In this document: positions 28,052 through 36,655 of the stretch, piece by piece
Layout of the letters: each line of letters opens with the position of its first letter
Numbering within the stretch: the first letter of the stretch is position 1
Source of the DNA: Bacillota bacterium
GTDB lineage: Bacteria; Bacillota; Clostridia; Christensenellales; CAG-138
Assembly (NCBI GenBank): GCA_022707005.1
Contig: JAKJBL010000005.1
Span: 1 to 45,260 of the forward strand
Direction of reading: 5' to 3'
DNA: 45,260 nucleotides
Position numbers and translations under genes: made by a program
The notes under the pieces: generated by a model
What the model was told of the DNA's origin: nothing
What the model saw: only the letters and a program-made list of their open reading frames with translations
Databases searched by the model: none

Positions 28052-28825
28052 CTATACGTATTTTTGCATGTGCTTTAATGCGTTCTTTTCTAAACGCGAA
28101 ACCTGTGCTTGGCTTATGCCGATTTCCTTACTGACTTCCATTTGTGTCTTGCCCTCAAAAAAGCGCATTTGAAGTATACGCTGCTCACGCTCATCAAGGT
28201 GGGATATGCCTTGCCAAATTGCAATGCTGTCAAGCCAGTTTGCATCGTTTACCTTTGAGTCGCCGATTTGGTCCATCACTAAAATCGCATCACCATCATC
28301 GTGATAAATTGGTTCATGAAGAGATATCGGGTCCTGAATTGCATCAAGTGCAAAAACAACATCTTCTTCGGAAATTTCAAGTGCTTTAGCAATCTCGGAT
28401 ATGCTTGGCTCTTTAGAGAACTCATCCATTAAACGCTTGCGAGTCTGCAATGCTTTATAGGCGGTATCCCTTAGGCTTCTGCTTACACGGATTGTGTTGT
28501 TGTCTCTTAAATGCCTGCGGACTTCGCCAATAATCATCGGAACTGCATAAGTTGAGAATTTAACATCATGCGATAAATCGAAGTTATCTAGCGCTTTAAT
28601 CAGGCCTATGCAGCCGACTTGAAAAAGGTCGTCCATCTGCTCTCCGCGGTTAGTAAAGCGCTGAATAACGCTAAGCACCAGCCTCAGATTACTTCTTAAA
28701 AATTCGTCTCGCGCTGAGATATCGCCAGTTTTCACTTTCAAAAGCAATGCGCGCATTTGTTTTTGGGTTAGCACGGGGAGCTTTGAGGTATCAACTCCAC
28801 AGATTTCCACTTTATTAAGCGCCAT
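28052..28825 (-). CDS. sigG: Forespore sigma factor sigma-G
   Basis: NKVEICGVDTSKLPVL N-terminus and FQVGCIGLIKALDNFDLSHDVKFSTYAVPMIIGEVRRHLRDNNTIRVSRSLRD are nearly collinear with B. subtilis SigG. Start moved to MALNKVEICG (28825). Confidence 0.93.
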   Translation of the reverse strand: MALNKVEICGVDTSKLPVLTQKQMRALLLKVKTGDISARDEFLRSNLRLVLSVIQRFTNRGEQMDDLFQVGCIGLIKALDNFDLSHDVKFSTYAVPMIIGEVRRHLRDNNTIRVSRSLRDTAYKALQTRKRLMDEFSKEPSISEIAKALEISEEDVVFALDAIQDPISLHEPIYHDDGDAILVMDQIGDSKVNDANWLDSIAIWQGISHLDEREQRILQMRFFEGKTQMEVSKEIGISQAQVSRLEKNALKHMQKYV

Positions 28826-29054
28826 AAAAGCTGCACCCCCGTCCATTTGCTGTAGCTGTTTTTATCTTTGCCCAAGCAGGCTTTTTTATCCTGGACAAAA
28901 CTGCCTAAGCATAAGCTGCTAAGTGGAAAAACACCGATAAAATGGGGGAATCGTGAGTTAAAAATTTTGTCTGGTATTATCTGCCACGCTTAATGTGTTA
29001 TGCTGACTAACCCTGCCTGAATAAGCATAGGTTGATATAGTGGGGGGAATTAAT

Positions 29055-29372
29055 ATGGCAGCCAAAAAGCATAAAGCAACAAAACTAAGAACTTATAAAG
29101 GGCGCAAGCCAAAATTAAAAAGCATGCTGCTTGAAGCTATGGATTTGCCTGTAGAAACAGATGCTTTAACACCAAAGATTACAATGGTAGGCAAAAGCAA
29201 ACTGCTTATAGAAAACCATAATGGAGTATTGCAATATAATTCGAATTTGGTACGATTTCTTTCCCATGATGGAACTCTTGAAATAAAGGGCAGCTGCTTT
29301 ATTCTTAAACAGCTTGCTAATGGTCGGGCCTATATAAACGGCGTAATCGAGTGCATCAGTTACTTAGAATAG
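29055..29372 (+). CDS. yqfC: Sporulation protein YqfC
   Basis: PKITMVGKSKLLIENHNGVLQYNSNLVRF...LEIKGSCFILKQL...YINGVIECISY matches the YqfC family pattern. ATG at 29055 follows GGGGGGA. Confidence 0.88.
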   Translation: MAAKKHKATKLRTYKGRKPKLKSMLLEAMDLPVETDALTPKITMVGKSKLLIENHNGVLQYNSNLVRFLSHDGTLEIKGSCFILKQLANGRAYINGVIECISYLE

Positions 29373-29401
29373 GAAGTCTGCAAAGTTAGGAGAAAGCTTA
29401 A

Positions 29402-30577
29402 ATGTGGAATTCCATTTTTGGATATGTTATTATACGTTTGGATGGCATGGGCATTGAACGCTTTCTTAACCGCATTCTTAAGGCAGGAATACCAGTTTGG
29501 AATGTATATCGCCTTGAATGCGGCAGTGTAAATGCCGAAATGCGTGCAAAGGATTTTTTGAAACTAAGGGAACTTAAGCGCGGCTTAAGCTGCCGCATTC
29601 ATATAGTGAAACGGCATGGTCTTCCCTTTTTATATGCAAAGTTTCGGTTTAGAAAACTGCTCATTTTCGGTGCAGCAGTTTCTTTTACACTCGTGGTTGT
29701 TTTTCAAGCGCGAATTTGGCTCTTTCGCGTTGAAGGTATCTCGCAGGTGCCTGAAGCAGTAATAATGCGCGCTATTGCGAGCGAGGGTGTACGGGCAGGA
29801 GCAGCCCGCACAGGAATTGAAACTGCAGCGCTTGGCCAGGCAATAAGAACTTATGACAGGCGCATTGCTTGGGCAGGGGTTAAGCTCGATGGCATAATCA
29901 TGCGGATAAAGGTTGTTGAGGCAGAGCCTATTCCGCTTCAGCAGGATAAGAGCGCACCTGTTAATGTAGTCGCAAAGAAGGATGGTATCATTGAACGGAT
30001 TACCGCACTTTCCGGAAAGGCTAATGTGAAACAGGGCGCTGCAGTTCGTGCGGGAGATGTGCTTATTAACGGCGACATTACCCGCGAAGGCGCTTTAGAG
30101 CGCTTAATGGTACATGCTGAGGGTGATGTATCAGCTCAGGTTTGGTACAGGGCGGTATTAAACTTGCCGCCTACTCAAAAACAACTTGCAAGAAGCGGTA
30201 AATATCAGCCGTTTCGCGCAATACTTATTGCAGGCTGTCCTGTTTACAAAACTCCTGTTGCCTATGCCTCGCATGAATTGGAATTTCAAAACGGAGCAAT
30301 TGTTAGGGGCTTGGTTCTACCGCTGTGCCTGATAAAGGGGAGTTGTTATGAGTTAACACTTCAAGATATAGAGCGTGAACCTGATGAATTGTTGGCTGAA
30401 GCATTGTTTTATGCAGAACTTGATGCTATTGAACGCGTGCCAAAGGAAGCAAGCGTGCTGAAAAAAGTGAGTGAAACCGAAATCTTCGAAACTGGCGCAG
30501 TGAGTGCTGCTGTTACAATTTGCACACTTGAGGATATCGGCTTAACAAAAGCAATAGATTATATAATAGAAGATTAA
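29402..30577 (+). CDS. yqfD: Sporulation protein YqfD (stage IV)
   Basis: 391 aa. N-terminal GYVIIRLDGMGIERFLN..., a single TM near residue 95, conserved position after yqfC. Confidence 0.88.
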   Translation: MWNSIFGYVIIRLDGMGIERFLNRILKAGIPVWNVYRLECGSVNAEMRAKDFLKLRELKRGLSCRIHIVKRHGLPFLYAKFRFRKLLIFGAAVSFTLVVVFQARIWLFRVEGISQVPEAVIMRAIASEGVRAGAARTGIETAALGQAIRTYDRRIAWAGVKLDGIIMRIKVVEAEPIPLQQDKSAPVNVVAKKDGIIERITALSGKANVKQGAAVRAGDVLINGDITREGALERLMVHAEGDVSAQVWYRAVLNLPPTQKQLARSGKYQPFRAILIAGCPVYKTPVAYASHELEFQNGAIVRGLVLPLCLIKGSCYELTLQDIEREPDELLAEALFYAELDAIERVPKEASVLKKVSETEIFETGAVSAAVTICTLEDIGLTKAIDYIIED

Positions 30578-30580
30578 ACA

Positions 30581-31615
30581 TTGTTCGAACAAAAGCAGAA
30601 AGGCAGGCAGTCTTTGTCAGAAGAAAACTATCTTATGGAAAATGGCGCTGAGCATACTGAAAGATGCACGCAAGCGCTGCTCGAGATACAATCCTTGGAC
30701 GAGCAGATTAAACTGTTCGGCGTATTTGATGAAAATCTCGATATTTTGCAGGCAGAAACGCATACACGAATAAGCGCAGCTGCAGATTGTATAAAAGTCG
30801 AGGGTGCACCTGAGAATGTTGATTTGTGCGCAACTGTCTTGGAAAAATTGCTGCAGATGCTCAGAAAGGGCGAACCTATAAACCGCAGTAGAATCAGATA
30901 TGCAGTAGACCTTGCAAAAGAGGGAAATGCAGATATGATTGAGCAGATTATGGGGGATGTCATTGCAATTACTAATCGGGGGAGGCAAATAAAATGCAAA
31001 ACACTCGGCCAAAAACGGTATGTTCAGGCGCTTAAAGAATATGAGCTGGTTTTTGGTGTCGGCCCTGCCGGAACAGGCAAGACATATCTTGCTGTTGCTA
31101 TGGCTGTACTGGCATTTAAGAATAAAGATGTAGACCGAATTATTCTTACAAGGCCTGCAGTAGAAGCAGGAGAAAAACTTGGGTTTTTACCTGGAGACCT
31201 GCAAAACAAAGTAGACCCTTATTTGCGCCCTCTCCATGATGCCTTAAATGATTTTCTTGGCAACGAAACATACCGAAGTTTAGTTGAACGTGGATCTGTT
31301 GAGGTTGCGCCGCTTGCATATATGCGTGGACGAACTTTAAACAACGCTTATATAATACTGGATGAGGCGCAGAATTGCACAATAGAGCAGATGAAAATGT
31401 TTTTGACCCGCTTTGGGGAGGGCTCGCGCGTTGTTGTTACCGGTGACATAACTCAAATCGATTTAGCGCAGGATCGTAAGAGCGGGCTAATTCACGCATT
31501 ATCTGTACTTGAAGGAATAGAAGGGATAGCACAAGTCATGCTTACTTACAAGGATGTAGTCCGCCATGATTTAGTGCAGCGTATAATCCGCGCTTACGAA
31601 AGACGCAAGGGTTGA
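30581..31615 (+). CDS. phoH: PhoH-like ATPase
   Basis: Walker A GPAGTGKTYLAVA, Walker B YIILDEAQN, GDITQIDL. Start uncertain: TTG at 30581 or ATG at 30635, neither with a good SD. Confidence 0.9.
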   Translation: MFEQKQKGRQSLSEENYLMENGAEHTERCTQALLEIQSLDEQIKLFGVFDENLDILQAETHTRISAAADCIKVEGAPENVDLCATVLEKLLQMLRKGEPINRSRIRYAVDLAKEGNADMIEQIMGDVIAITNRGRQIKCKTLGQKRYVQALKEYELVFGVGPAGTGKTYLAVAMAVLAFKNKDVDRIILTRPAVEAGEKLGFLPGDLQNKVDPYLRPLHDALNDFLGNETYRSLVERGSVEVAPLAYMRGRTLNNAYIILDEAQNCTIEQMKMFLTRFGEGSRVVVTGDITQIDLAQDRKSGLIHALSVLEGIEGIAQVMLTYKDVVRHDLVQRIIRAYERRKG

Positions 31616-31627
31616 CAAGGGGGAAGC

Positions 31628-33760
31628 ATGAGCAAACGTGTCGATACTGAAAGGATAAACCTTGTATCAATGCTAATGATAGTATTGGCTTTTGCAGCGT
31701 GCTATATTTCGGCTGTCGTAGTTCTCACACCAAAACTTTATGATGTATCAATTGGTTCAAAAGCTTCGCATAATATTATTGCACCGCGTACAGTTGTTAA
31801 CGCTGCAGCAACGCAGGCTTTACGTGATGCTGCAGCAAAAGAAGTTCAGATTGTATATAAGCTCGATGAATCGCTTGTAAATAAATATTCAGAAAACGCG
31901 GCTGTTTTTTTCCAGAATGTTAATTCATTAAGGCAAGAAGCTCAAGCGCTGCGCAGCGCGTATTCAGGGTCGAGGCTTAGACCAACCGGGGAATTATCTG
32001 TAAGCGAATGGCAGCTTGTTGTGAGTGCTGCTGAACTTCAAGAAATGATGCAACGCTTTACAGTGCCTGTCTCTGCAGATGAGGGCTGGTGGTTGCTTCA
32101 TGTTGAAGAAAATGAAATTTTGCGGTTTCAGGAAGCTGTGTTGCCAAAATTACTAAATGTGCTACAAAGCGGAGTCGAAGAGCGCATGTTGTCTGCAAAA
32201 AAAGCGGCATTGATTCATGAGCTTAATTCAACTGAGCTGTCCGAAATCCTAAAAAACATAGGTCAAAAGGTGCTTCAAGAATGCCTTTTGCCAACATTTG
32301 TAGAAGACAGAGAAGCAACAGCGCATGCGCGCGCATCTGCTGCAGCTGCAGTCGCGCCTGTTGAAATCAGGCGGGGGGATATAATCGTCCGCGAGGGAGA
32401 TGCAGTTACAAAGGAGCAATATGCAATACTTAATTCTTTAAGCCTTGTGGCAGACGGGAAAGCAAACTATCGTTTGCAAATAGGCATACTTATTTTCATT
32501 ATTATTGCTTTTTCAGCTTTCCTTGCTTACATGGCAATATATAGACGCCATGTGCTGGCAAATAATAAGAATATGCTAATTGTTGCAGTATCAATTATTC
32601 TCACAATGGCGCTGTCGGTCTTGCTGAATTCTGTGGATTATCGGATCTCTCCAGCGCTTATAGGCGTTATGATGGTTGCTTTGCTCGTTGAAGAACGTAC
32701 AGCTATGGCAGTTAATATAGTTCTTTCCTTTTGCATTGGTCTTTTTAGCAAGGACAGCAGCGGGTCAATTCTCGGCTTTGATTCAATGGTTATGACAGCT
32801 ACAATGCTTTTAGGCGGACAGGTTGCAATATATCTGCTACATAGACACCATAGGCGAGGCACGATTATTGCTGCAGGCTTGTTCTCAGGCATTGCTGCGG
32901 CCTGTATGCATATCGCAATATATCTTATTATCCATATTAAGCTCTCGGAGCTGCTTATCGCAGCAGCCTGGGTACTTGGAAGCAATGCAGTATGTGCTGT
33001 ATTGGTTGTTGGTTCGCTCTCTCTGTGGGAAAATCTCTTTGATATAGCCACAAGTGCCAGGCTTAATGAATTATCCAACGCAAACCACCCGTTGCTGCGC
33101 CAATTGATGACTGAAGCGCCGGGCACATACCGGCACTCCATGTGGACAGCAGCCTTGGCAGAGAGCGCTGCTGAAGCTATTGATGCTGATTCTCAGCTTG
33201 CGCGTGTTGGCGCATATTACCATGATGTTGGCAAGCTGCGCAGGCCTTTGTATTTTAAAGAAAACCAAAAACCAAATGAAAACATCCATGATACAATGCC
33301 GCCCCAAGAGAGTGCATCCGTAATCATATCTCATCAAAAAGATGGAGTAGCATTGCTTAATAAGCACAAACTGCCCTCTGCTGTAGCTCAAATTGCTTTC
33401 GAACACCATGGCACGACGCTTGCCGCATATTTTTATCACAAAGCAATGGAAGCTGATGGCGGAAAAGCTCCTCTGCAAAAGAACTTTCGATACCCTGGCG
33501 TTAGGCCAAGTACAAAAGAAAGCGCAATTGTATTTTTAGCAGACAGCTGCGAAGCTGCAGTGCGTGCGCTTGATAACCCGACTCGCGAAACAGTTGAGAG
33601 TACAGTTGCAAGCGTAATCAGGAATAAGATTGATGACGGGCAGCTGTCTGCATCTCCGCTGAATTTCCGCGAGATTTCCACAATTCAGCAGAGCTTTTTA
33701 CGCACGTTTAATGGCCTTTTGCACGACCGCATACCTTATCCAAAGATAGGGGAGGCTTAA
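31628..33760 (+). CDS. pgpH: 7TM-HD membrane phosphohydrolase (PgpH/YqfF family, cyclic-di-AMP phosphodiesterase type)
   Basis: 710 aa. Extracellular N-domain, 7 TM, C-terminal HD domain (HSMWTAALAE...YYHDVGK...EHHG). Confidence 0.9.
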   Translation: MSKRVDTERINLVSMLMIVLAFAACYISAVVVLTPKLYDVSIGSKASHNIIAPRTVVNAAATQALRDAAAKEVQIVYKLDESLVNKYSENAAVFFQNVNSLRQEAQALRSAYSGSRLRPTGELSVSEWQLVVSAAELQEMMQRFTVPVSADEGWWLLHVEENEILRFQEAVLPKLLNVLQSGVEERMLSAKKAALIHELNSTELSEILKNIGQKVLQECLLPTFVEDREATAHARASAAAAVAPVEIRRGDIIVREGDAVTKEQYAILNSLSLVADGKANYRLQIGILIFIIIAFSAFLAYMAIYRRHVLANNKNMLIVAVSIILTMALSVLLNSVDYRISPALIGVMMVALLVEERTAMAVNIVLSFCIGLFSKDSSGSILGFDSMVMTATMLLGGQVAIYLLHRHHRRGTIIAAGLFSGIAAACMHIAIYLIIHIKLSELLIAAAWVLGSNAVCAVLVVGSLSLWENLFDIATSARLNELSNANHPLLRQLMTEAPGTYRHSMWTAALAESAAEAIDADSQLARVGAYYHDVGKLRRPLYFKENQKPNENIHDTMPPQESASVIISHQKDGVALLNKHKLPSAVAQIAFEHHGTTLAAYFYHKAMEADGGKAPLQKNFRYPGVRPSTKESAIVFLADSCEAAVRALDNPTRETVESTVASVIRNKIDDGQLSASPLNFREISTIQQSFLRTFNGLLHDRIPYPKIGEA

Positions 33761-33761
33761 C

Positions 33762-34211
33762 GTGATAAGCGTTTATGATGAAGCGTGTTTGCTTACAGCC
33801 TTGCAAAAAGGTCGTCTGCAAAAAGCCGCAGCCTTAGCTTTAAACAGCGAAGGGCTGTTAGGGGGCTTAGACATCTCAGTTGTTGACCGTAGCAGCATCC
33901 GCCTTTTAAACCTGACAAACAGGGGTATTGACGAGGAGACTGATGTTCTAAGTTTCCCGACTGTTGAAAGCGGCCAGATTCCTGAGGATGGTTTCTGGGG
34001 AGATGTTGTTATCTGCCCAGAATATATTAAAACCCAAGCTGAGCTATCAGGCAAAGAGCTTATTTTTGAATTAGCGCTATTGGTTATACATGGAGTTCTT
34101 CATTTAATGGGATATGACCATAGTGCTTGTGAAGATGAGGCGCGCATGTTTCGCGCCCAAAGACAGATACTTGAAAGGGCGGGGTTAGATTATGAAGCGG
34201 ATGATTCATGA
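33762..34211 (+). CDS. ybeY: Endoribonuclease YbeY (rRNA maturation)
   Basis: HGVLHLMGYDH zinc motif, 149 aa, GTG start after GGGGAGG. Confidence 0.92.
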   Translation: MISVYDEACLLTALQKGRLQKAAALALNSEGLLGGLDISVVDRSSIRLLNLTNRGIDEETDVLSFPTVESGQIPEDGFWGDVVICPEYIKTQAELSGKELIFELALLVIHGVLHLMGYDHSACEDEARMFRAQRQILERAGLDYEADDS

Positions 34212-34608
34212 GCTTGAAATTAAAAATATGTTGAGAATGGCAAACGAAGCGCTTGATAGGGCTTATGTTCCATATTCAGGGTTTCGCGTGGGAGCATGCC
34301 TCAAGGGTGTTTCGGGAGCCTATTATTTGGGATGCAACATTGAAAACGCTGCATATTCGCCCTCAAACTGCGCAGAACGAACTGCTGTATTCAAGGCAGT
34401 TTCCGAAGGCGAGCGCGAATTTGAAGCTTTAGCTATTGTTTCTACCGGGGAACAGCCAGCTACGCCGTGTGGTGTTTGCAGGCAGGTGCTTGTAGAGTTC
34501 TGCGACCCGGAAATGCCTATAATCTGCTCTAACCGCGGCGGCAAATACAATATTAAAACGCTCGGTGAGCTTTTGCCATTTGCTTTTACAAAAGGGGATT
34601 TAACATAA
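34192..34608 (+). CDS. cdd: Cytidine deaminase
   Basis: CAERTAVF and PCGVCRQV zinc-ligand motifs, 138 aa. Overlaps the ybeY end by 20 nt if the first ATG is used. Confidence 0.92.
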   Translation: MKRMIHELEIKNMLRMANEALDRAYVPYSGFRVGACLKGVSGAYYLGCNIENAAYSPSNCAERTAVFKAVSEGEREFEALAIVSTGEQPATPCGVCRQVLVEFCDPEMPIICSNRGGKYNIKTLGELLPFAFTKGDLT

Positions 34609-35495
34609 TGGGTTTTAAAAGCGGCTTTATTTGCATTGTGGGCTGCCCAAATGCTGGCAAGTCAACTTTGTTGAATAGCCTTGTTGGAGAGAAGATTGCA
34701 ATTGTCTCAGATAAGGCGCAGACAACCCGTTCAAAAATTACGGGAATTTTAACACGGGATGACTACCAAATGGTGTTCTTGGACACACCAGGTGCAACTG
34801 TACCAAACAGCAGGCTTGGCGAATATATGCAAAAGACAGTTTTTGCCTCCCTGATAGGAGTTGATGTAATACTCTTTGTGCTTGATGCAATAAACGGCAT
34901 GCGCGAAAAAGATGAGATGTTGATTGAGCGCCTCAAAAAAACAGATATAAAAAAGATTGGCTTAATTAACAAACTTGATGCAGCAACTCCTGCTCAGCTA
35001 AATACCGCATGGGCCTACTTAGAAAAAGCAGGATGCTTTGAAAAGCTTCTTAAAATAAGCGCAAAATCAGGAGAGGGTTTGCGAGAACTTGAAGAAGTGC
35101 TCTATAGCTATTTAGAGGAAGGCCCAAAATACTACCCTGATGATATGGTTACTGATATGCCAGAAAGACTTCTCTGCGCAGAATTGGTGCGTGAGAAGAC
35201 GCTTGGTCTCTTAAGAGAGGAAGTGCCCCACGGTATTGTTGTAGAAGTTGATAAAATGGGTTTGCGTCCGGATAGGAAGCTATATGATATTTGGGCAACT
35301 GTTTATTGCGAACGTGAAAGCCATAAGCCAATCCTCATTGGCAAAGGCGGTTCAATGCTAAGGCGTATTGGAGAAGATTCCAGAAAAGAGATGGAATTAA
35401 TGCTCGGAGTCAGTGTTAATTTACAGCTTTACGTCAAGGTTCGCGAAGGTTGGAGGGATAATATTCGCGCGCTTAATGAACTTGGGTTTAAATAA
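34608..35495 (+). CDS. era: GTPase Era
   Basis: G1 GCPNAGKST, G3 DTPG, G4 NKLD, C-terminal KH domain. ATG overlaps the cdd stop (TAATG). Confidence 0.95.
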   Translation: MGFKSGFICIVGCPNAGKSTLLNSLVGEKIAIVSDKAQTTRSKITGILTRDDYQMVFLDTPGATVPNSRLGEYMQKTVFASLIGVDVILFVLDAINGMREKDEMLIERLKKTDIKKIGLINKLDAATPAQLNTAWAYLEKAGCFEKLLKISAKSGEGLRELEEVLYSYLEEGPKYYPDDMVTDMPERLLCAELVREKTLGLLREEVPHGIVVEVDKMGLRPDRKLYDIWATVYCERESHKPILIGKGGSMLRRIGEDSRKEMELMLGVSVNLQLYVKVREGWRDNIRALNELGFK

Positions 35496-35582
35496 TCCTT
35501 ATTGGTGTTATTTTCATTTCATCTGTTTTGGCTAAGTGTGGCACAATAAGATATCAGACTTAGGGAAGGAGCATTCGTTACT

Positions 35583-35708
35583 ATGAGGAAGAATACAAAA
35601 ACTGCATGGGAAAAATTCTCTAACACAGGCACAATAGGCGCATACCTTACTTACCGTGCCATGCTCACCCAAGAAGAAGGTTTTCAGGAGACCGATTTGC
35701 ACAGATAA
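35583..35708 (+). CDS. yqzL: YqzL-family small protein (41 aa; below the ORF-track cutoff)
   Basis: MRKNTKTAWEKFSNTGTIGAYLTYRAMLTQEEGFQETDLHR. The W-x-F-x-x-TG-x-I-x-x-YL motif and the era/recO position match Bacillus yqzL. GGAAGGAG SD upstream. Confidence 0.7.
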   Translation: MRKNTKTAWEKFSNTGTIGAYLTYRAMLTQEEGFQETDLHR

Positions 35709-35751
35709 CTGGTGAAAGAAGCTATAGGGCTTATAAGCTTGGGTGCTTAAT

Positions 35752-36510
35752 ATGGCATTTGTTAACGTTACAGGCATAGTGACTTGCTATGCAAATTATA
35801 AAGATAATGACCGTATGCTCACCCTTTTCACCCGCGAAAGAGGGCGTGTTGATGCTATAGCAAGGGGATGCAGGCGCCCGAAAAATGCGCTTTTTTCTTG
35901 TGCAGAGCTTTTTGTATTTGGTGAATTTCAGTTATTTTATAATAAAGAAAGATACTCTGTGACTCAGTGCGATGTGAAGGAAACATTTTACTCGCTGCGT
36001 GAGAATATTGAAAGCTTTAGGGCGGCCGTCTCTATACTCGAATTAACCCGGCTCACCATCTTCGAAGGAGAGCCAAACCACGAGCTGTTTTCCTTGCTTT
36101 ATTATACTTTAAGCTTTTTAAGCTATGGTAATAACAACCCTCTCGATATTGCGCTTGCTTTCATAATCAGGTACCTTTTGTTCACAGGCGTTTGTCCTAT
36201 GCTGACTTCATGCGTGAAATGCGGCACGGACTTAAGAAAACGAACCGATTTATCTTTTTCACCTATCTTGGGAGGCGCAATGTGCGAAAAGTGTGCAGCG
36301 AACTCCGAGGCGTATGCAATATCAAACTCAGCGCTTGAAGCGATGCGCAGAATACTCCTGCTTAAGAATGAAAACCTTGAGCTTGTACGTTTGCCTAAGA
36401 CTATACGCAAAGAATTGCTTGCCCAACTCGAACGCTATTGTTCGGTTGTCCTAGAAAAAAGCAGCAGCCCTGTAGCTTGCCTAAAGGAGCTTTTGCCAGA
36501 GATAAGCTAA
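35752..36510 (+). CDS. recO: DNA repair protein RecO
   Basis: N-terminal OB-fold pattern (GIVTCYANYKDNDRMLTLFTRERGRVDAIARG) and a C-x2-C...C-x2-C zinc motif (CVKCG...CEKC). ATG at 35752 preferred over the upstream GTG. Confidence 0.9.
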   Translation: MAFVNVTGIVTCYANYKDNDRMLTLFTRERGRVDAIARGCRRPKNALFSCAELFVFGEFQLFYNKERYSVTQCDVKETFYSLRENIESFRAAVSILELTRLTIFEGEPNHELFSLLYYTLSFLSYGNNNPLDIALAFIIRYLLFTGVCPMLTSCVKCGTDLRKRTDLSFSPILGGAMCEKCAANSEAYAISNSALEAMRRILLLKNENLELVRLPKTIRKELLAQLERYCSVVLEKSSSPVACLKELLPEIS

Positions 36511-36655
36511 GCGTACAAGCTTATTCTGTTGCCTTTTTTGCTTGTCCAGTTTATACTTAGTACTCTGTAAGACAACTTGGTTTTGGGGTTCAAATAACAG
36601 ATATTGGTTAATAAAGTGTAAAACACTTTAAAAATAATCTTGGGGAGGAAGATAA

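Noticed and set aside
28901-29030. Imperfect direct repeat CTGCCT(GA)A(T)AAGCATA(A/G)G at 28901-28915 and 29013-29030 in the sigG/yqfC divergent region.
   Set aside because: There are only two short, gapped copies. I could not fit them convincingly to sigma-E, F or G promoter spacing, so this may be chance.
28025-29039. Inverted repeats flanking sigG that would indicate a site-specific invertible segment.
   Set aside because: Only a 6-nt GCCCAA match was found, and it is in direct orientation (28025-28030 and 28871-28876). No recombinase gene is nearby. The inversion therefore looks like an old rearrangement, not a switch.
35532-35777. 81-aa minus-strand ORF between era and recO.
   Set aside because: It is antisense to the YqzL-family ORF, overlaps the recO start and has no SD.
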